From Cirrosporium novae-zelandiae (Eukaryota): 64,000 bases of DNA. Positions 15,046 to 28,024 of this stretch are shown here, piece after piece. The notes beneath the pieces were generated by a model. It had not been told where the DNA came from. It saw only the letters and a list, made by a program, of their open reading frames with translations, and did not search any database. The position numbers and the translations under genes are program-made. Position 1 is the first letter of the stretch. Every line of letters starts with the position of its first letter. Where the stretch lies: positions 496,001-560,000 of the forward strand of contig JAPETS010000011.1 in NCBI GenBank assembly GCA_026023565.1. The letters are read 5' to 3'.

Positions 15046-16771
15046 CCCTTCAGAGAGAGACCACATAGACAGCAGCTTCCTAACTAGAATGTCTCCAGAG
15101 AATTGTACCCATTTTTTTTTTTCTTTCTTTCCATTAACAACTTCTTTTTAGTTCCAAGGGGATGAAAGTTAGACACCTAGCCTTACTTAGTTACTAAGTA
15201 AAAAAAAAAATGAACTAAATATGCTTCCATTTGATCCATCAGTCTTCTATCCCTGAACTGGTGGCTTCATGAATATCCTCCCCCCCCCAAAATCCCCCAT
15301 CTAAGGCTTTTTCCCTTAGACTAATTACCTACCCTCCCGACCCCCCCCCCCCTCCTCCAAAATGGTTCCAAGGGTTCCAAAAGGTTCCAACTTCCAAAAA
15401 AAAAACAAAAGCCTTCCAAGACCTTAACACCTTCCTTGATGGCTAATCATCAATGCCCGGACAAACGCTTCCGTCTATAGCCCTTGGTCCGATACTGTTC
15501 ATCTTTTCATTAGTCTTTGAGATTATCCAACATTTACTTTGGAGCTAACCACGACAACTGGTGATTGGGTTTGCTGGCACGGCAGGGGAGGGGGTTATTA
15601 AATCGTGGCAGTCGTTGGCGACCAGGGGTAAAAAGTGTAAAAGCGTAAAAGCGGACAGCATTTTAGACAACTGTAGACATCAGTAGACAGCAGTGGTCGA
15701 TACTGGACAGCTCGCGTGGAACGAGAGGAAAAAGATGACGGTAGAAGTTTCTTCTTTGAACTTTACTCTATGAACAACTTTAGCTTCCTTGGTTCTACAC
15801 TTTTTTTTATTTTATTTTTCTCTCTGCCAGGTCTGCCAATCACCACTGCCACCACCCGTACCGGGGAACAAGGATAGTTCCTACATTGGGGCCGGACCCG
15901 TTGAGCATTTGTTGAGGTCTACTGATTTTCCATCAACTGGTTGGTTTCATGGAGATTATCCATGTTGGTTGGATTTCAGTGCTTGTTGTTTGACAGTGAA
16001 AAGGTGAAAATTAGCTGGGACGGAAGAGCCGAGACGAGAGATCAGGGCATAATTAAGACATGGACAAGTATAGATACTTGGATCCTAGGCATTAGATTCT
16101 CTGGGAGGCATCTGGTAGGCAAAAAGTACCTCTTTCAGATACATGGCACAAAGAAAATTGTAATGTATGTTCAAGATTACGGTTTCACGGCCAGATAAGG
16201 ATGGATGGGCAAGCGATTCTGATACTCTAGCTCATCCCAGAGCCGCGCCATCGACCGAGGATCAAATGCATCTTTGGGCATGACCCCCTGGTTCTTTGAC
16301 TTTGTTCCTGCGCAAGCTTCTTTCGTTATTCATCGCCATTTAATAACAACTTTATGGCCCCCTTTGGCCCCTTTGGCCCCAATGGTCTTGAATGGTCCCC
16401 GATGATCCCCCACCCCCAACCAGAATGATGAATACCTGACACATACAAAATCCAAGCATAAAAAATATAAAAATAATTAAGCAAGAATTTACCAGAAATC
16501 ATAGTACATTCATTATACGATTAATCAGTTGAAACCCACCAAAAAAAACTTCATAAACTACCGATGATTACGCGTTACCGTTCATTTCATTCTTTTGCCC
16601 TTCTGCACAGGGCTTACGCTGAACAGATGCGCCATAAGCTGCGACACGCTAAGAAGATAACCAGTCTTGCGAAAAATCAAGTAGAGTTGATGTGATTGAG
16701 GCCATATCAATTTACAAATGACTTTCCATCGTTGATGATTCTGATCGTCATAGGATGATCGACAACCATTC

Positions 16772-16804
<33 letters not shown>

Positions 16805-19800
16805 GTAATTCTGATGAAGCGCCCGGGAGGAAGGTGGCGAGAAAGATGAGAGCTGAAAAAATGTTCCTGTCTCTTTGCTATTTCCACCACAATTATTTCT
16901 GCGTCATGTTTGACATCTTACAGCTTACAACTTATTATATTCTTTTTGTTGGTTGGTATATTTGTGGTCTTGCTTAGTTTCCTAAAGAGGAGCATGTCAT
17001 TTGGTACATCTCAAAAGGCGAGCGGCTGTTTGGTGGATAAGTTGTGGTAAGTTGTCACATTCGGATCTCAGCCCTGAGCCTCGAAGCCCTGAACCCTGAG
17101 CCCTGTTCCAGAAAAAGCACAGAGCGCATCCGAATAATAGTGTGTACTTGTAGTGTGTACTTGGTTACTTAGGAGGTGTGCAGATGTGGCAGGTCACTCA
17201 GGTCACTCAAGCGAGAAGCAAGACGATAACATTTTGGTAGGGCAGATGGATGAGAATGATTTGCAGAGTGGAATTAATTATCCGATGCAAAAGTAACTCA
17301 TACAAACAAACTGACCAGGGTTGACTCTCTTTTCTCTCTTTCTTTCTTTCTTTCCTTCTTTCCAACTTTTTGATTTCTTCTCGAACACGTCGGGAAATTG
17401 CTGCGGGCTTGACCAGGGACGCTAGAAAATTGGAAGAATTAGCTTAGAAGGGAGTTTGCGTCTCCGTCAATCTTGTTCGGTAGTCGGACCAACTTCCGCG
17501 AACTCAATCAACTCCAGTCTTTGGCTCTTTTGGTTTGTTTGAATCATTTATTACTGTAATGGTCCAGTAAACTAAAACCCACTGACAGCCCAAAACTTAC
17601 ACAACAAGACTGGTTCAATGGAGGAATTGATGACTGACCATCATGACAATCCTGACAATCATCACCATGACCTTACCAACTGACCATGCTAAACATTAAA
17701 CTTACACTTAATTCTTTTTTACTCATTAGTCAATCAATGAGCCTCTGTGTCCCCTTACCCTTACCCATTGATACCAGCCACTTGGCTTTCCCTGGTTTTT
17801 TTCTTTAACCTTCCGGAGCAACACCTTCGCTCTTCCGTCTAGAACGTGTCAATCTAGGTTGCACTTAGGTATAACCCGAAGGCTTGTTGCTATCAAGCTG
17901 CCTCTTCAGGAAATCTCAATCAGAATAAACCTCAACTTTCCAGTGCGGGGCCGACATTCCCATTCCTATAATTAAATTGTTCAACGAGAGCTGGTCGGAT
18001 TTTCAATCTGTGGACTGATTGTTTGTTTGTCCCTCCCTTGAGTCTATATCCAGGTCTTTCCGAGTCAGTTCATGATAGATAAAACCATGATAATAATAGT
18101 CTGAAATGGTCTGGTTGGGTAGGGCCTTCTTCGGCATGCCGTCTCCTAGAGTCGTCTATCTTTGTGTGACGACTCACAACCTCCGGAATCTAGATGAAGC
18201 TACCATTGGAACTTGGAACCTGGGGAATCGGGTAGGTCGTCCTGGCTACTGTCCTATTCCTTAGATCCCGAGCGGACTGTGACTCCCCGTCCGCGGTAGG
18301 ATGCAGTGGTTGGTGGTGGTTTAAGAATGAGAGGCGGTAGAGGCACTGCCTTGTGGATCTGTCAAATTTTTCTGATGGACTCTAATCGTGGGTATTCCTT
18401 GTTCTGTTCAATTATATTGTCTCGTGAGGCTCACGAGAAAACTGTGTGAGATTGAACGACGCGTATACATCGCTTACGAGATTCTGCGTTGTTTCTTTTA
18501 CCATTGACATCAGCAGTTGAGGATATCCAAACCACACGTGGCAAAACAGCCAACAAGCATCAGTCCACTCGGGCTACTCTATACAATCAAGGCTAAATTC
18601 AAAGACTATGATGGGCAATCCCAGTTGTATGGAATTCAACTGTTAGTGGAGTATAGTAATTCTCCTTAAGTGGAGTAGAACCGCTGACCCTGAGGGGGAT
18701 CATTCGTTCTCTCTCTTAGGGCCTTAGTATTTCCGTACGATAATAGCGGCCAAAACCCAAAATGAACCAGTGTTGGTGGGCTGATCCACAAAATCCCACT
18801 CGAATCCACTTCCGAACTTGGTTCTTTTCCAAAGTTCCACAAGACCCAACGCCTTGCCGTGAACACCTCTCTTGGCATTCCCCATGATCAAATCCATTAT
18901 GGATCTCATCCAAGGAAAACTGGTCCTGTCTGTCTTTGTTTACTGTGTACTCTGAACTCTGCATCTTCTTCCTCTCTGTTTCTAATTGTGGATTAATTAT
19001 TGGTACAGATGCATACCCGTTTCCTACTGATATTTTCTGCAATATTCAATGCACATGTACAATGAAATGCAATATCCCGATGAAGTTGTCTCAGATGTCG
19101 AATACAAGAGATCAAATTCCAAATCAAGGCAATGCGCCACTCCTGCAAACGGCTTTCCCCAATATACCCGAACATTTCTTTTTCCCGCCCAACGTCCCAA
19201 CACCAAGGGAACAAGATCTTTACTCCTCACAAGTTCATCATCAATCATCTTATTGTCTCATCATAATTCATTCCAACTATCCATGTCCTTTTATAGACTA
19301 ACTTTTAACTTTACCTATCAATAATAAAAAATTCTTCCAGGCAATGGTGGCGGCACATGAAGAACGCTCATCGTATTTATAATCCCCTGGGGCTGAGTCG
19401 GTTGTCTCAAATCTACGAGCGCTTATCCAAAGCACATCATTCAGTTGACTAGACTAGATCTAGCGATTCAATAAAGATGTTATCAGTAACAGAAGATGCA
19501 ATGTCCTGCCTTTGCATCCAACAGGTGTCAACGGGTAAATATATAGTACTTGCGTATTATTAATGCTCAAAATATCTCCTGCCGCTGCAGCTGACCGTTG
19601 AATCCCACCATGAAAGATAATTGATATCGGCTACGGTTACTTACTTGATGTTGCAGAACCTGCGAACGGCTGAGAAGCGACACAAAACAATTCAGAACGA
19701 GTGAGCGGATAGAAATACGCTAGGGATCCGACTTGATGGTAATGTGGTAATATGGTAAGATAGTAAATACCACACAGCCTAAATTCTTTTTAGTTTCTTG

Positions 19801-21900
19801 ACGTAAACAATTCCAGGATCCCAGGATTCCCACACCTTACATGCAGATAACAATATATATTTTAATTGTATAAGTCACATGAAACAGTTTGTCGCTTTTA
19901 CTTATGATCGTCATCATGATATATATTTCCCTCCAGACCATTCAAAAAAAAAAGAAAAAAGAATCATGTAACAAAATCCATACCCCCTCCCACAAAAATG
20001 TACCGATAGTGGGATTCTTTTTGATTTGGCGGCTTCCACGTGGAAAGCCATAACTACCTAAACCGTGTTCCCGGTTCAGGGGAACGGGGAAACTGCATGG
20101 CTTTGGGTGCCGCTAAAATTGAGTGGAATGCTAAGAAGAAAAAACCGTCTTTAGGCCAACTTCGTCAAATTGCAGCTTTGGCGTTAAGATCGTCGAAGCC
20201 AGGGATAACCGGCTGCAGCACTTGCAGCACTTGCAGACTTGCAGACTTGCAGAATTTCAGAAACGTAGCAATGTGACGCAAAAGGAAGTTGGTTGAGGAA
20301 ACACTGACACAAGAGAATAGGAATTTTATCCTAGTTATCCTCCCTCTCCCCGACGAATCAATCGTCATGAACCAGAGGAGTCAGAATCCTCCCCTTGCCA
20401 GGTCATGTCCAAGCTCTACAAAATGTAACCAGCCAATTCAGCCATTCAGCCATTCAGCCATTCAGCCATTTCCGCCCTTGCAAGATGCGAATGCGAAGTG
20501 CGAACCGCGAACCACAAACCTTGTGTGAGATAAACTGACGAGTTTTTTTTATTTTTATTTTTATTTTTATTTATCACATTCATCACACCCATTGGTATTT
20601 CTCAAACGAGGTGGAACAGCAACAACAGGCTCATCCGAGGTCAAGCCGCAAGCCACATCAGCCTCTTTTGGCTTGATGTGTAAGTACTCATCAAACGTCT
20701 CATCATGCAAGCAAGCAAACAAATGCACATCGATAATCGTTGCTATCTTGTTTGAGTCCTGATCAGATGAACCAACACGAACGAGCCGACATAATTAGCC
20801 GGACCTGTCAATCTCATTGCTTTTGGGACGATTCGATCATCTTCGGACCTTGTAGAATGATTAATAAATTCATGTCTCGTCTCCTCCGAAACAATCTGGT
20901 CATCTGTGCCTCAATTGCCTCAGTTTGGTCACACATCCTCCTCAAGGTTTTTTCCAGTTTTCCCAGTTTGTCGGGTTCATGCTTGATGATATCTTGTCAA
21001 GATCTCTCATCTTATATCCTGGTGCGACGGTGATGACTTTGTTTGCTAATAAACATCCTGACTTTTCTCCATTCTTTCTACCAATTTGTCGGTTCACTAC
21101 CCCAATAATGCCAGCCAACAAATTTTATTGCCAGGCCGCGGCTCGGGGACGGGGATGCTTCTCCGTTTTGTATCCACAGTAAACTATCGACCGCAAACTT
21201 GTGCGATATTTGTTTTTTCTCCTCTCAACATTGAAGAACGATGGGGACAAGTATTCGTAAGTGCAATGGAACTGACTTTTGACCAATCTCGGTTCCTTCA
21301 ACGGTTATGGATATGGATCTACTTCTAATCCACCCACATTTTCTTTCCCTTGCTTATGAGATGAGGTTCCCACTGTACTTCCTATATTTATCTTACGTAG
21401 AGTCTTTCCCCTGTCTTCATGGGTTTGTCATTTCAAATATTTCAGAGAGTAAGGATGTAAGGGGAAAAGAACATTAATGATCCTTGGGTCCTGTTAAGCC
21501 TTTTCTCTGAGGAAATAACGGATGCGAGTCTCGCTAGAATTTTACTTTCTTTTGCTTTACATCATACCCACAAATAGTAGAGTGGAAGGAATGAAATGAT
21601 CTCCTAGGAACTGAATTGTGTCCCTCCAGCAAGAAAGGTTGTAGATTAGGGTAAATGTTGATTAATGTTGATAACAAATTACACAGTATGCAGTCGCAGG
21701 CTCCTCTACCGAGGTACGTCATACTGTTTAGACCAACGATACAACCACCATCAACGTTGCTGTCCAATGGTGGGAACTTCGATCTTACTACCACGTACTA
21801 TAATAAGACACACTTCGACCGAACCTTGAAGCATTCAGTCCCTCTGTTTGATTTCTACCATTGTTTTTGATCTCCTGCGCGTCGTATTTCCCCGCAAAAC

Positions 21901-22877
21901 ATGGCAACCACAAACTACCGCCTCATTCCCGTCGAAGTCTACGATCCCGACAGCGCCGTGAACTTCCCACTTGCGAGTCTCTTACCACCATCTGTACCGC
22001 CTCCGTACTCAATTACAGACATCCAGTCAGTCGGAAGTCAGATCCGGCAAAAACTGAGAAGTGGAGATGCCGAAGGAGCTCTGGTGATGGCTCTGGAGAC
22101 TACGGCGGGAGGTGTTTACGGTGCTGATGACAATGTCAAGGTCAGTCAGTAATGGCTTTCTTTTCTTTTTTCCTTCTGTTTTTTGGCATGATTCTTCTCA
22201 AGGATACATGAGGTGGCAATTTGATGTTTGGTGGTCTGATTAAATCGCTTCCTGTCATTGACAATATGGCTTTGTTGCTCCACTTTTTTAAGGCCAGAAC
22301 AGCTAATTGGGCACTCTCACAGGAAGCACACCTTGCGACTATTACAGAAGTTCTCAGCAGTATCAAAGCCAGCGAGATGACCCCATTATTACGACGGTTG
22401 TTTGAAAGTGAAGGGGGAGTGGAGTTGTGTGATGTGCTGGCAAAATATTTGTACGTTGTTGGCATTTTCGATCCATTAGTCGGAGAAGAAAGAGAAAGAA
22501 ATTCTACTTTACTCTATTCCGTCATCCATGTTCCTTTGCTGAATGGCATGCATCGCGCACATTACCTTCTTCAATTTTTTTTTTAAATTTTGACTATTTT
22601 GCTTTCCCTTATTTTGCAAATGTGCCCAAAACTAACGCCCCCCATTCCACCAATCAGATACAAAGGTATGGCGGCTCCTTCATCCGGCTCGAGTAGATCC
22701 GTGACGCCTCAATCGACGGGCGGGGGCTTTAGCCAAATGATGCACAGCCGAACCGGCCTAGGGGAGGGCAGCGGTGCAGCCACTATGAGTGTGCTGCTGA
22801 GTTGGCATGAAAAGGTCGTGGAGGTTGCAGGAGTAGGGTGCTTGAGTCGCGTCATGAGCGATCGCAGGACCGTCTAG
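21901..22877 (+). CDS. arc15: Arp2/3 complex 16 kDa subunit (ARPC5/Arc15), 3 exons
   Basis: NYRLIPVEVYDP, LRSGDAEGAL, EVLSSIKASEM, DVLAKYLYKGMA and VLLSWHEKVVEVAGVGCLSRVMSDRRTV, joined by GT-AG introns. Confidence 0.93.
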
Positions 22878-24722
22878 AGAGGGGGGTTGCTAAGGCAAGT
22901 GATGGGCAATGGTAAGCCTCACCGATCCGGATCGGACGACGGGGTAAGGGGCGGGGATAAAGGGAACAAGAAGAAACCAAAAGATGATCCAAGGGAAGTC
23001 AGACATACACGATTATACTGGGGGATTAGAAACTGGGCGGTCGGGGGGGGAGGGGAGTAAGGTATTAGTTTGCCAATAAGCACCTCTTTTGAGGCGATGA
23101 TGCATTTCATTTTCCCTTCTCCGACATTTTATTTTCCCTCTTTCCCTTACCCTTTCCCCCTCTACAAAATCTAAATGGATGCCCTTTTTTTTTTTTTCGA
23201 TCGTGCGTGCATTGCTTAAGTTTTAGTCGGTCAGAACAGCAGCAGCAGCAGGAGGGGGAAGAAGATGGGCAGAAAGAGCGGTCTGTCATGTGACCCAGCC
23301 TAGCTACCGTAGCTAGAAGTAGCTAACTAGCTACGTAGCTAGCTAGCTGGATCGATCTGACGGGATGGCGTTTTTCTTTGCGGCCTTAGGAGGATGATCA
23401 TTGATCATGATAGTTAATGGCAAAAATGCCCTTTCTTGATGAATCGATTGCGTGCATGCATAGTATGTGTATGTATAGTATGTATATGTATGCATGTAGG
23501 CCCAATTAATCAATAGTTTTTTTTTCTTATACTTGAGTAATTAGAAGAAACTGTGAGGAGTGGTTTTTTAAGAAAAATTAAATTCATTACTCGATTTTTT
23601 GGGAGATGGGAGAGGAGAGGAGGGGGGGGGTTGTTATGTGCTATGTGTGTGCTATGTATGTATTAGATACTAGATACTAATTAATACTAGTAATAGGAGC
23701 ATAAGATGAAATTTTCTTATTCTAGTCTATAGATATTTATGGTCAGAATCAGTTGGAGCAAATAAATTATAATCCATTTTTTTTTTGTTGTTATTTAATT
23801 TTTATGAGAGAGGGAGGGAAGAAGGGAAGGAGGGAAGGATGTATGCTATGTATGTATGTATGTCTATGTGTATACATTAGATACTTAATCACTAGGTAAA
23901 GCAAAGTATAGAATAAAATAAAATAAATTCCTAATTCTAGACTAATTATTTTGTATTGTTTTAGTTATTTTGGAATTTTGGAATTTTTTTTTTTGTTGTT
24001 GTTGTGCGTACATGTGCATATTTTTATTTTTCTACGATTGGTCAATTGGTTCAATTGAATAGATTATAGAATATGATTGATTGATGGAATATGGTTACCA
24101 GGTATTGGTTGGTTCATTTATGTAGGTGTACAAACTAGGGTTTTTGGAGGGGGTTTGAGGAATTGGGGAATTGAATGGCATAGAATGAGATGGTTGGGGT
24201 TACTGGTTTGATTAATCCATTGATTCACACAATCAAGTACTGACTATATGAAGGAATGAATATTTTATATACATTGCATCAACACTCTTACCTTACCCAA
24301 CCAATCTAAACTAATCTAAAAAGGACCGGATAGTTTAGTAGAATTATCTATCTATCCCCTACTTACTTCAGCGGATACGCCAGTATTAGGAAAGAAAGAA
24401 AGGGAGAGAGAGAGAGAGAGAGAGAATATATATCCTGCACAACGGTAACAGATTGTGTGCCTTTTTTTTGGTTTTATATTTTTGAGGAGGTGGGAGTGGG
24501 GAGGGGGATAGTAAGTATGTCCCTTTTTTTCTAAGTGACACTTGGTATACTGAAGGGATATATATCTATGTATACATTTCTACGTGATGTTGGTTATTCT
24601 ATGCTATGCTATGTATATGTTTTTCTATATTATATCTATATCCACACATGGCTATCTATATAAATACAGCGTATTTCATTTTCATATTTTTTTTCATTTA
24701 GTTTTTTTGAGATAAGCCTTAC

Positions 24723-25932
24723 TCACCTTCTACCCCCCTCCCTCTCCCCCTCCCCCTCCCCCTTCACCCCACCACCCCCCTCCAAAATCTCCTTCAGGTT
24801 AACCTCCCCACTCCCCCTCTCCAACGGCTTCGGCTGCCCCTCCCCCTTCTTCCACCCAATCATATAAATAATCCGAAACGTGGCCGGCAGCTTCGTAACA
24901 CCCTGCAAGCTCTCATGGTCCTCACCATACAACTCGCGATATACGGCTTCAGTCGCAATGAGCACGTCGCGCGAGAGGCCCATTAGCCCTTTCCTACGCT
25001 GTACCACGGCGTTCGACTCGCCCATTGCTTGTAGATCCGCCATCAGTGCGAAGACGTCTGGGTACTCGACAATGATGTCGTCGATGTCTACGGTTAGCAT
25101 TGTGAAGCCGGCTTTTGTGAGCAGGCCGCCGATGTCGCGGACGTCGGCCAGGGGGCTGATGTGCTGTGTGACGCCGCCCAGGCGCTCGAGATCTGAGAGC
25201 TGGAGGGAGGAACGGAGTTCGTAGAGGCTGTCGCCGCCTAGCATGGCAGCTAGGAAGGGCGCGTCTGGTTTTAGGGTGTGGAGGATTGAGGAGAGTAAGG
25301 TGGGTAGGTCGTTGATCCAGTGGAGGGCCATGCTGCTTAGGACTAGGTCGAAGGTGTTTTCGGAAAAGGGGAGGGGGAGGTAGGAGGGTAGGGGTTGGAG
25401 GGTTAGGGTTTCGATGGGTGTGGAGAGTGGGATGGAGGCGTCGCGGTGGAGGAGCGTGGGTGAGGTGTCGGTGCATGTGAGGGTGGTTATGGAGTGGCTG
25501 GTTGTGATTGGTGGGGAGGTGGGGGTGGTGGGGTCGAGGTTTGGAGATGTGAGGGCTCGCGCGATGGAGAGGGGCCCGCTGCCTAGGTCGAGGACGGATG
25601 GGAAGGGTCGTTTGATGTACTATTGATTTATATCCGGATTAGCCGTCTGATGTTTCTTTTTAGATACTCAATTGGATTGGATGGGGAGGGGAAGATGTAT
25701 GTACTAGTAATCGTTCGCATAGCCGTCGAGCGACTTCATCTCGTAGGTAGTCTACCTGGCGACTGGCTTCGGGATTCGAGGCTGCTCGTTCTTTTTGAAG
25801 ATATTTCGTATGGGGATCGAATACGCGGAGTGTGGGAGCTCCTGGGTTGTGTACCGCATGTGAGCGGGGAGATGAGTGGAGAGAGCGGAGGAGACGTCGG
25901 GGAAGACGTCGTAGGGGGTTGAAGGTCGACAT
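24723..25932 (-). CDS. NDUFAF5: Mitochondrial complex I assembly factor NDUFAF5-like SAM-dependent enzyme
   Basis: Arg-rich presequence, KYLQKERAA...DYLRDEVA, VLDLGSG, LHWINDLP, GGDSLYELRSSLQL, DLQAMGES and PATFRIIYMIGWK. Confidence 0.92.
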
Positions 25933-26232
25933 TGTTATAAGGTGGGGAGTTTTGGGTGGGTTAGAGCATAATGTATATAGAAATTTCAGAGAAGATGTAT
26001 GCTTCTCCGAAACATAATGGAGAGGAGAGCGAGTGATGCTTGATTGTTGATAAAATTATTCTTCATGACGATGACGCTCTTTTCTCATGGAGAGCTCCCA
26101 GCTACACTCGGCCGACAAAAAAACCCCGGAAACTCAACTTCTCTCCCAACCTAATCAACTATTGCCATCTCATTCCCCTGTGCGACTCTTTACATGCAGG
26201 GACAAACTAATCATTGACGACGTTTATCAAAA

Positions 26233-28024
26233 ATGATGAAATCCGTTCCATACACATACATTTCTTGTCCCTGTACAGACGCCTCCTTATCCGATCCTCC
26301 TCCTGGCACACTCCCTTCCATCCCTCCACCTCCCTCACCTACCTCTCTGACCTCCGACGATGAAGGAAAGACTTTCGATCCACGCTCCGCGAGGGCCAAC
26401 TACTCGCTGTTTCCGATAGAGAATCTGCTTTATTGCGAAGATTGTCATCAGATACGATGTCCGAAATGCGCGTTGGAAGAGGTTATATGCTGGTATTGTC
26501 CTAGCTGTTTGTTCGAGGTGCCAAGCAGTATGGTGAAGAGTGAGGGTAATAGGTAGGTGTGTGGGATATTATCCTTTGAAAGACAATTACTGAATGGGTT
26601 TTTTTCTTGTGAATAGGTGTACGCGAAATTGTCTCAATTGTCCAATATGTACGGCTCCATTGGGGGTCAATAGCTTGGGCAAGGAGGGCCCAGGTGATGC
26701 GCCTAGGGGGCCTTGGGTCTTGGGCTGTCAGTATTGTATGTGGACAACTTTGGATATCGGTATCAAATTTGAGAAACCTACAAATATCTACGGACAGCTT
26801 TTGAAGATCCGGAATGGAGGGGTGAAAAAGGACGACCATGATCATCATAAGGAAATCGCCGAAGAGGAGATCGAGGATGACGGAGTGGATGATGGTGATG
26901 AAGAAAAGGAAGAACAAGATTTAAAAAAGGAAATACCGTCGAATGACCAATCCCAGGATCCGGACGATCGGTTTAAGACCCTCAAATCCTTTTATAAATC
27001 CCAAATTTCCACAACTACCACGGGCTCACCATTCTTCGGGTCGCCTCTTGATCAATCATTTTCTTCGCCTTCTGCTCTATCCCGTATAATGTCACTTTAC
27101 ACTAGCCTTGGATCATCCTCCCTGTCTAAAAAGCCAAAGTCCAAACCACCAGTGATGCGAGAAGCTGCGAATCCAGGTGAAGGCCTTTTTGTCCATTCTG
27201 CCGATGCAGAGAAAAACACAGTCGAGGCTCTTCGGAAGTCTGGTGGTACATCACTACTCTCAACCCATGACCAGCGTCTTACCCAAACTTATCCCTCCAA
27301 TGCTCGTTTCGTTCAAGACCTCCGTCCAGTCCCTGCTCTGCTTCGAACCAAGAGATCGAAACGTTGTAGGGAATGTCGGCATATCTTGGTGAAACCCGAA
27401 TACAAAGTTCAAACAACCCGGTTCCGAATCCGTCTTATAGCCATGAATTACATCCCCTCTATAAGCATACGGTCACTTCACTCTTCTCGAACGGATTTGA
27501 ATGCGCTACAGCCTGGGCACCCTACACAATTATTACTTGTACTGAAGAATCCTCTTTTCGATCCCGTCAAAGTCACTTTGGCAACGCCTGCCATTACCAC
27601 TGGCCCTAGGCAGAGCAAAGTCACCATCCTGTGTCCCCAATTTGAGGTTGGCGCAAACACAGATGTCTGGGATGAAGCGCTTCGGGCCGGCGACAGCAAA
27701 AGGCAGAGCAGGGTTGCAGGCTCAGTAGATGCGAATGGTGAGAAGCAGGCTGAAGCAGGCAAGGTATGGGAGTCCGGCAGGAACTGGACGAGCATAGTTG
27801 TGGAGATTGTGCCTGGGATGAAAAAAATTGTGGATTCTGTGAAGGATCAGGAGCTGGAAGAAGGCGAAGGTGAAGATGAGGATATTCTAGAGATTCCGGT
27901 CTTTGTACGGATGGAGTATGACGCCGAAGGTGCCCCAGGTGAGACTGGGGAGAAGAGCGCGGAGGGAAAGAGGGAATTGACGTATTGGTGTGTGCTCGGT
28001 GTGGGTAGGATTGCTGGAGGATGA
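26233..28024 (+). CDS. DCTN4: Dynactin p62 subunit (DCTN4), 2 exons
   Basis: Cys-rich LYCEDCHQIRCPKC..YCPSCLFEVPSS..NR|CTRNCLNCPIC, LRTKRSKRCRECRHILVKPE and RELTYWCVLGVG. Intron ~26553-26617. Confidence 0.93.

Noticed and set aside
18666..21870. Numerous 60-120 aa ORFs in the gene-poor region
   Set aside because: They overlap on both strands, mostly use non-ATG starts and show no recognisable domains.
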